DNA of 64,000 nt from an uncultured Oscillospiraceae bacterium (lineage in GTDB: Bacteria > Bacillota > Clostridia > UBA1381 > UBA9506): positions 35,687 to 99,686 of the forward strand of contig CAYUUO010000001.1 in NCBI GenBank assembly GCA_964447945.1, given 5' to 3'. The notes under the pieces were generated by a model. That model saw only the letters and a program-made list of their open reading frames with translations, was not told the origin of the DNA and searched no databases. This document shows positions 40,201-45,651 of this stretch, piece after piece. How positions within the stretch are numbered: position 1 is the stretch's first letter; each line of letters opens with the position of its first letter. Position numbers and translations under genes: made by a program.

Positions 40201-40459
40201 GGCAGATATAACAGCGGAGGATGTAACCGGCGCCTACGTGCGTCTGCCGGTCTATGAAAGCGGCGCCACCGTTTCCGGCAGTGCCGGTGTTCTGCATTAC
40301 GCCGCCGGTTCCGGCAGCCTGGAGATTCAGGCAGAGGGCGCGGCCATGGGCGATACTTTATATATGGCCAGCAGCGGCGGTCATGCCGTCAGACCCTTGG
40401 ACGTCCCGGTGACAGACGGTGTTCCCACGGTCATATCCTTTGTAGTGCCGGGGGCGTAA
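37235..40459 (+). CDS. Secreted paralog of 33783..37223 lacking SLH repeats; unrecognised family
   Basis: The RBS aaaggaga precedes the ATG, and the signal peptide is MKKYLSLFFLALWLCVQVPVSAQS. Shared blocks include VCYYDFSE, TNQWSE.I.GHL..Y.ATGE.RFL.Y.ER, GSYQELS.H and FF.YPSLA..Y.LLKD.I.P. Confidence 0.7.
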   Translation: MKKYLSLFFLALWLCVQVPVSAQSGALTAKGGFTSRLLSRSGCTFQADISNPAGGEATLLLIFASYAGSRLQQAEVRTITVNGTATAVSETGVPADADTTRLSAFLLDDLTAVSPLCRDDGVFTDYEPITNDYGKSNLVTETAAATEADRAAFTLLPTLSSGADQAVVNGLGVLGLFPEGGPGRIYCKMEKRLGATAVRYEQFRTLRVIAPDGEIVCYYDFSESADSLEELIFTVPSGPAGIWTVSYTGGQSTGDLLTVGLPPTCEAWGVRGEMKLVFPTGRAASTWYTYVPPTSTSCEIETGGYSGGIQLYLPAQDAGQVSHVPTAAEEEAAAAAGEPLTEVALKAQLVWGEAAADGRCRLDKQDSTQYGRYFDYRLSGYTPDSVWRIEVSGGASVGMSSLLFATGIPGLLCPSEASARLLAGGTARSRDGRLLGGAYQAQVRDAMLQHKDDDLSVQLSFPTSIPAEISPEDYDTEALLYGRYGGLTTLLPGLEKQKLDSESLYYGAFPDANDLSNEQEIENFCYGGRYAMHATAALAAVAGVPAKLNPGYHNEALVTRSMLASFCHLAALAPDYLLREKMTPRGNFYPMTHVFFVYPSLAEAYGLLKDQISPSESVLWRRGLLLLGDKLANYISSETNQWSEIIYGHLLVYRATGEERFLRYFERAAEAITHDNLHCNGSMGQHSAGYYLEERAPSGSYQELSLHNIAAAYLIYRAMPEANSSLTAALYDSIRRAAVYESLYWIPNAAGQPVSPTSMNLRAPTGMMSNCGYPGMFLVALAVPEANGLLSLLPYSAENYGYATTMSHVALHNPAVAEQVILWGLGQQGTVPYGLSGQWTPRLYEGYALTEGITETVTPPVRTHAGVWDLDGMLAIKKDGWYLLTHYAAPATGGSLRSGLPAAVWRESFGAAVLSMHISTDAPDYGQAAYSCFTAEKADGTVCRTALENGTLTARTDSGYQITQPLEGIGTVCYTVEIVDETRMTVTVTADITAEDVTGAYVRLPVYESGATVSGSAGVLHYAAGSGSLEIQAEGAAMGDTLYMASSGGHAVRPLDVPVTDGVPTVISFVVPGA

Positions 40460-40522
40460 GACAATAATAAAACAAAAAAGGCAATAATAAAACAAAAAAA
40501 GGCAATAATAAAACAAAATAAT
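40460..40522 (+). repeat. Three tandem 21-bp AT-rich direct repeats
   Basis: The units are GACAATAATAAAACAAAAAAG (40460-40480), GCAATAATAAAACAAAAAAAG (40481-40501) and GCAATAATAAAACAAAATAAT (40502-40522). They end 4 bp before a -35 hexamer. Confidence 0.9.
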
Positions 40523-40526
40523 GGAC

Positions 40527-40555
40527 TTGCCAAATCGATGAAAATGTGGTACAGT
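40527..40555 (+). promoter_or_regulatory. Sigma-70-type promoter for the GH88 gene (TTGCCA-17-TGgTACAGT)
   Basis: The -35 hexamer is at 40527-40532, the spacer is 17 nt, and the -10 hexamer is at 40550-40555. It lies about 55 nt upstream of the ATG at 40612. Confidence 0.5.
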
Positions 40556-40611
40556 ATAGGAGTTATCAGTATTCTTATGATTTAATGAAACTGTTTGAGG
40601 AGGACATTACC

Positions 40612-41829
40612 ATGACCTATGAGGAAGCATACAAGCTGTGCGGTGAAAAGGCACGGCTGCATATGAAAAGCATGAACGGGATTCCGTTTGAACTGGGGGA
40701 ATGCCGCGACGGCGATTATTACAAGCATGTTAAGGACAAAGAAAAGTCGGCTCTTTCGGGACGCTGGAGCTGGGTGACCTCCTTTGTAACCGGCATGGCG
40801 CCTCTTTTGTTCCAGACGGACGGGGACAGCCGTGCACTCCGCTGGGCCAACCAGTTTGCTGATGATTATCATGACAAGGTGTTCCGGCCCTACACCCAGA
40901 CTATGCATGATCTTGGCTTTTTATATCTGCCCTACAGCGTACATATGTATCAGCTGACCGGTGACAGGGGTCACCGCGACACGGCACTCCAGGCGGCCAA
41001 TGAGCTGGCTAAGCGCTTTGATTTAAACGGGCGGTATATTGAGGCTTGGTCTGAAATGAATACCTTTGAAAAGGACGGGCGCATGATTATTGATTCCTGC
41101 ATGAATCTGCCGCTGCTGTTCTGGGCCTGGAAGGAAACAGGCCATACCTTTTATCATGATGTGGCGGCGGCTCATCTGGAAACGGCCATGCGCGTTCTGG
41201 TGCGCGAGGATGCTTCCGTTTGTCACGCCTGGCGTCTTGATCCGGCCACCGGCAAGCCAACGGAGGAAGTCAACTCCTGCGGTTTTGCCAACGGCTCCCA
41301 CTGGGCGCGGGGCACGGGCTGGATGGTTTTTGGACTGGCAATCGCTTATGAATATACGAAAAATGAAACCTATCTGGATACGGCTGTTAAAGTTGCAGAA
41401 AAATATCTGGATTCTCTGGAGGACAGCCCGGTTCCTGTTTGGGATTTCCGCCTGCCCGCCGACCAGCCGGCCAAAATCTGCGGCAATGTGCCGGGGCTGG
41501 GCGCCGATTGGGATGAAAGTTTGCTCGAAAATAAAAAATATAATGTGGATACCTCCGCGGCTGCCATTATGGCCTGCGGTCTGCAGACAATTGAGCGGTA
41601 TCGGCCGTGCGACCGCTTCCATCAGCATGTAGAGGCGGCGCTGTCTGTCCTCAGCAATGAATATCTGAATACCGATCCGACGGTACCCGGTATGCTCAAA
41701 CGCTGCAACGGCCGCAACGCCTTTAGCGTTTACGGCGATTATTATTACATGCTGGCGCTGGCTATGCGCTTATATGACGTCAGAACCTGCTGGGGTTGTT
41801 CCGAGGACGCCCCGGCAGTCAACCAATAA
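40612..41829 (+). CDS. GH88 unsaturated glucuronyl hydrolase
   Basis: The RBS gaggagg sits 8 nt upstream of the ATG at 40612. The family motifs are MHDLGFLYLPYS, IIDSCMNLPLLFWAWKETG and GSHWARGTGWMVFGLAIAY. I see no signal peptide. Confidence 0.85.
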   Translation: MTYEEAYKLCGEKARLHMKSMNGIPFELGECRDGDYYKHVKDKEKSALSGRWSWVTSFVTGMAPLLFQTDGDSRALRWANQFADDYHDKVFRPYTQTMHDLGFLYLPYSVHMYQLTGDRGHRDTALQAANELAKRFDLNGRYIEAWSEMNTFEKDGRMIIDSCMNLPLLFWAWKETGHTFYHDVAAAHLETAMRVLVREDASVCHAWRLDPATGKPTEEVNSCGFANGSHWARGTGWMVFGLAIAYEYTKNETYLDTAVKVAEKYLDSLEDSPVPVWDFRLPADQPAKICGNVPGLGADWDESLLENKKYNVDTSAAAIMACGLQTIERYRPCDRFHQHVEAALSVLSNEYLNTDPTVPGMLKRCNGRNAFSVYGDYYYMLALAMRLYDVRTCWGCSEDAPAVNQ

Positions 41830-41846
41830 CAACAGGGAGGCTTTCC

Positions 41847-43952
41847 ATGTTACAAAAGGAACAAAATTACGAGTTTAGAAAGCGGATGCTGGCTATACAT
41901 GAAAAGGATGTCCGGGATCCTGCGCTTTTGCCCCAGGCAGATGAATTTGTCATCGAGGACGGACTGTATGTGGTTGTGCCGGAAACAGCCAGCGACGTTA
42001 TCCTGACGGCAGGCCGGGATTTTATTGACTACCTTTTCACCTCCATGGGGATTTCCGCCATGCTGAAAAAGGGCAGTGCGCCTGCGGAAGCGAAAAAAAT
42101 CACGGTGGATCTGGCTGCCGATACCGGCGTCGATCTGTTAGATGCAGCTTCCTATAAGGGCTTTCGTATTGACGTTTTACAGTCGATTGCCATAAACGCC
42201 TTTGACGACCGGGGTGCGGCACAGGCTCTTTACTATCTTGAGGAGTGTATGACCCTGCGCCGTGCGCCCTTTATTCCGCAAAAAACGGTGACGCAAAAAC
42301 CCATGTTCTCACCGATGATGGTTCACTCCGGCTACGGTCTGGACGAATACCCCGACGAGCATCTGGCAGCCATTGCCCACGAGGGGCGTGACGCTATCCT
42401 GATTTTTGTCGAGGATGTGGACACAACGCCCTATGGCTATCTGGATTTTAACGAGCTGATTTACCGGGCGGCTAAATACGGCATCGACGTATATGCCTAC
42501 AGCTATTTGGAAAGTGACATGAGCCCGGAGGCTGAGGGCGCCGAGGCGTATTATGAAAAGCGCTACGGCCGGCTGTTTGAAAAGTGCCCAGGTCTTGCGG
42601 GCATCAGCCTGGTGGGAGAATCTGTGGGCTTTCCCAGTAAGGATCCGCATGTTACCCCCAGCCATAAAAGTGATCTCGACGCCGACGGTCTGCCCGTGGG
42701 TAAGCCCCGGGCCGGGTGGTGGCCCTGTGAGGACTATCCCCGCTGGCTGAATCTGGTTAAGGGCATTATTCGGAAGCATAAGCCAGATGCAGACATCATT
42801 TTCTGGACCTATAACTGGGGTCGCCAGCCTGCCGAGGCACGGCTCCGGCTGATTGAATCGCTGCCTACGGATATTAGCCTGATGGCGACCTTTGAGATGT
42901 TTGAAGGCTATTCCGTTGAGGACTGCCGCGAATTTATTGCGGACTATTCTCTGAAATTTGAAGGCCCCGGCTTTTACTTCCGGTCAGAGGCGGAGGCCGC
43001 GGCCAAACGGGGCATACGCCTATATGCTATGACCAATACCGGCGGCCTGACCTGGGATATCGGCGTTATTCCCTATGAGCCCATGCCCTATCAGTGGATG
43101 CGGCGCTACGCGGCCATGGCTGAGGCTCACGATCAATGGGGTCTTTGCGGCATTATGGAATCCCATCACTATGGCTTCTATCCGTCCTTTATCAGCAAGC
43201 TGTCCAAGTGGATTTTCAACGATTCGAAAACGCCTATGGAAACGCAGCTGCAAAGAGTGCTCGTCAGCGAATACGGCGAAACGCACGCGCCGGCGGTAGA
43301 TGAGGCGCTCAAGCTCTGGAGCGAGGCCATCCGGCACTATACCCCCACGGATAACGACCAGTACGGCGCTTTCCGCATCGGGCCGGGCTTTCCCTTTTCC
43401 TTTTTAATACCCGTGAAGAACCAGGAAGCGCCCTATGCCATGTTTGGGAATCGTATTTATCATTCTTATTACACCCACTGGTATTCTCATGAGGTTATGT
43501 TTGATAAGGGTACGCCTGTGGCTGTCCGCCTGGCGGCGGAGATCCGCTCCTTAGAGGTTATGCTGGATTATATGCAGCGCGGTGTGGATATTTTAGAAAA
43601 GCTGGATGGGAAAAACGACAGACTGCTGTATCTTGAAAATTTGGGACGGTATATCGTTTGCTGCATACAAACCGGTATTCACGCAAAAGAGTGGTTCAAG
43701 CTGCTCAGCCGCTTTAACAATGCGGAGACGAACAGTGAGGCGCTGGAGATTTTGGACAGTATGGAGGCGCTGCTGCAGCGGGAAATCAGCAATGCAGAGG
43801 CCGCCATTCCGCTGGCGGAACAGGATTCCCGATTGGGTTGGGAGCCCAGCATGGAATATATGGCGGACGCGGAGCATATCCGCTGGAAGATTCGGCAGCT
43901 TCATTATGTCATTAATACGGAAATTGCCGCGCAACGGCGGGCGGCGCATTAA
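41847..43952 (+). CDS. Cytoplasmic 701-aa protein of unknown function; possibly a glycoside hydrolase-like TIM-barrel enzyme
   Basis: The RBS agggagg precedes the ATG at 41847, and I see no signal peptide. The N-terminal stretch SYKGFRIDV...INAFDDRGAAQALYYLEE resembles the small N-domains of GH20/GH67/GH115-type enzymes, which is weak by-eye evidence only. Confidence 0.6.
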   Translation: MLQKEQNYEFRKRMLAIHEKDVRDPALLPQADEFVIEDGLYVVVPETASDVILTAGRDFIDYLFTSMGISAMLKKGSAPAEAKKITVDLAADTGVDLLDAASYKGFRIDVLQSIAINAFDDRGAAQALYYLEECMTLRRAPFIPQKTVTQKPMFSPMMVHSGYGLDEYPDEHLAAIAHEGRDAILIFVEDVDTTPYGYLDFNELIYRAAKYGIDVYAYSYLESDMSPEAEGAEAYYEKRYGRLFEKCPGLAGISLVGESVGFPSKDPHVTPSHKSDLDADGLPVGKPRAGWWPCEDYPRWLNLVKGIIRKHKPDADIIFWTYNWGRQPAEARLRLIESLPTDISLMATFEMFEGYSVEDCREFIADYSLKFEGPGFYFRSEAEAAAKRGIRLYAMTNTGGLTWDIGVIPYEPMPYQWMRRYAAMAEAHDQWGLCGIMESHHYGFYPSFISKLSKWIFNDSKTPMETQLQRVLVSEYGETHAPAVDEALKLWSEAIRHYTPTDNDQYGAFRIGPGFPFSFLIPVKNQEAPYAMFGNRIYHSYYTHWYSHEVMFDKGTPVAVRLAAEIRSLEVMLDYMQRGVDILEKLDGKNDRLLYLENLGRYIVCCIQTGIHAKEWFKLLSRFNNAETNSEALEILDSMEALLQREISNAEAAIPLAEQDSRLGWEPSMEYMADAEHIRWKIRQLHYVINTEIAAQRRAAH

Positions 43953-43961
43953 GTGCCCGCC

Positions 43962-44238
43962 GAGGCTGTCGCATTTAGTCGACAGCCTCTCAGACTGTCG
44001 AAAAAGTTTTTTTCTGCAAAATAGTGTTAATTTTTTTAGCCAGGCCCCGTTCCGCCCGCCGAGCCCGGGCGGTTCTTCGTTCCCCGTCGGGGAACGAAGG
44101 CAAAGGGGCTCTGCCCCTTTGAAACCCCGTAATCAGGCCGTGTGGGCAGGGCTCGGCAAGAAAATGTAAATATTTACGCATCATAAAAGGTTTATCGATA
44201 CGCTGAGGGACTGTAGCTTTGCTACGGTCCCCTTTTTC
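43962..44238 (-). repeat. Copy B of the ~280-bp GC-rich hairpin-dense element, inverted relative to copy A
   Basis: The reverse complement aligns with 17502..17786 from the AT-rich arm (tcgataaacctt...acattttc), through the three GC hairpins (44101-44121, 44075-44099, 44052-44072), to the cgacag/hairpin end (43962-43989). It also lies between convergent genes. Confidence 0.85.
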
Positions 44239-44275
44239 TAGGCTTCGTTTCCGATGAATCTCAGAAAACAGCAGG

Positions 44276-45565
44276 TTATTTTTGACTGCAAAAGGTTTTC
44301 ACCATGTTCCGGTATGCAGCATCGGCAATTTGCAGATAGCCTTCCGTTTTAGGATGCACGCCGTTTGTATCAACGATTTCCGTCTGCGCATTGCGAACGT
44401 TGACCGGTTTTTCGGCGCTGGGCATGTTGTAATCCGTGTCAAACTGCCCGGAAATATTGATAAATTCCATAAAATCACGGTATGCCGGCTCTTGCGTCCA
44501 GGCCTCATAGGCCATGTTCAGCTCCATAACGTAGCGGGTCAGACCGTAATCATCGCAGTAGGGGAGGGATGCGCCGTAGCTTGCAGCTGTACCGCCCTTC
44601 ACAGAGGGCACCTGCAGACCCATAATCCGCACAGGCGCCTTTGGATAGGCTGCATGAAGCGCATCCACCAGCCTTTTGCCTTCTGCCACCAGATGCTGGC
44701 AATGTTCGGGAATGGGACAGGTTACGCCAATCAGGCCGTTCCAGCCCAACAGAATATAGGCGGCATCAATTCCCGGAAACCGGTTCTTTGCACAATAACC
44801 GGCAAAGTCGATGGCATTAGTCTGACTGTTATAAAAGGGATTCAACGGCTCGGTTGCCGTGCTGTCAATCCGGATGGGTGCCTTGTGGGCGGCGTTAGCG
44901 GCATGGGTCAGCGTGCCGCTGACGGGAATGGGGCCGGTATGCTGCTGATAGCGGGTCAATTTAAGACGGGTATTTTCCAGTGTTTCCAGCTGCCACAGAC
45001 TGCCGGCCTCATCCTGCCAGAGGGAATGTTGATCTATGGTGGTTTTATCGTGGGTGCAGGTTACCCAAATGGCGCCTGATGCATCGGACAGGTAATTTTC
45101 CCATCGCCAGCCGCCGTAGCCTTCGAACAAAACGCCGTCTTTTTCACAGGTGCCGATGAAATGCAGGTCGTTAAAGCCCAAACCGGCCGGCTGGCCGCCT
45201 GTCTCCGTCAGCCGCCGATAAGCCTCATGAGGCCATTGACCACCGGCTGTCAGCGAATCACCGATACAGAGAATGTGGGCAGGTTTTTCAGGGGCGGCGG
45301 GTGCCACGATGTTTAAAAGGGTTTCCGCCTGTCCCAGCAGGGTTTTATCCTGTGCATACACCGAAAGCGTCAGGGCGTACTGTCCCGGCTCCTCCGGGCA
45401 GTATTCAAAATACCGCGGATAATTCTTGCCCTTTTTGCAAACGGCAACAATATCATAATGAAACGGATCCGGCGCTTCAACAACGCCGCGGAAAAATAGC
45501 TGGAAGGTATCGCCGACAACCAAATCATACTGCTTTGGCAAAATGACTCTAATGGTTTCTGTCAT
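44276..45565 (-). CDS. SGNH/GDSL-family hydrolase (putative carbohydrate esterase) with an N-terminal beta-sandwich-like extension
   Basis: Block I is ILCIGDSLTAGG and block V is DTNGVHPKTEGY. The start is assigned to MTETIRV at 45565; the ORF is open up to 45628. Confidence 0.75.
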   Translation of the reverse strand: MTETIRVILPKQYDLVVGDTFQLFFRGVVEAPDPFHYDIVAVCKKGKNYPRYFEYCPEEPGQYALTLSVYAQDKTLLGQAETLLNIVAPAAPEKPAHILCIGDSLTAGGQWPHEAYRRLTETGGQPAGLGFNDLHFIGTCEKDGVLFEGYGGWRWENYLSDASGAIWVTCTHDKTTIDQHSLWQDEAGSLWQLETLENTRLKLTRYQQHTGPIPVSGTLTHAANAAHKAPIRIDSTATEPLNPFYNSQTNAIDFAGYCAKNRFPGIDAAYILLGWNGLIGVTCPIPEHCQHLVAEGKRLVDALHAAYPKAPVRIMGLQVPSVKGGTAASYGASLPYCDDYGLTRYVMELNMAYEAWTQEPAYRDFMEFINISGQFDTDYNMPSAEKPVNVRNAQTEIVDTNGVHPKTEGYLQIADAAYRNMVKTFCSQK

Positions 45566-45600
45566 ACTCGTCACGTCCTTATTCTGTGTACATAAACACA

Positions 45601-45623
45601 CGCGCCGGACTTTGTCCGGCGCG
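45601..45623 (-). terminator. Hairpin terminator downstream of hydA
   Basis: The 10-bp stem is cgcgccggac/gtccggcgcg, followed on the minus strand by tgtgtttatg. Confidence 0.55.
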
Positions 45624-45651
45624 GGCATCGTTATGATTTTGTGCTTGTTGA

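Noticed and set aside
25576-40459. The possibility that the giant surface-protein genes are targets of diversity-generating retroelements or cassette-based phase variation.
   Set aside because: No reverse transcriptase, template-repeat/variable-repeat pair, invertase or silent cassette is detectable in the window. The paralogs are too diverged at the DNA level for recombinational switching.
40460-40522. A tandem repeat that might be a miniature CRISPR array.
   Set aside because: There are only three directly abutting 21-bp units with no spacers, no cas genes and extreme AT content. It is a simple tandem direct repeat.
18990-40522. A shared (C/T)AATAATA motif near the GH105, transporter and GH88 promoters as a common operator.
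   Set aside because: In the transporter promoter the motif is simply the TACAAT -10 region. Such AT-rich strings are expected by chance in promoter DNA. Only the triplicated 21-bp repeat at 40460 stands out.
17502-44238. The inverted repeats as ends of a composite transposon or IS-flanked island.
   Set aside because: The window contains no transposase, integrase or recombinase ORF. The repeats are hairpin-dense noncoding units rather than IS copies, and I could not identify target-site duplications outside them. This is kept only as an open possibility in the findings.
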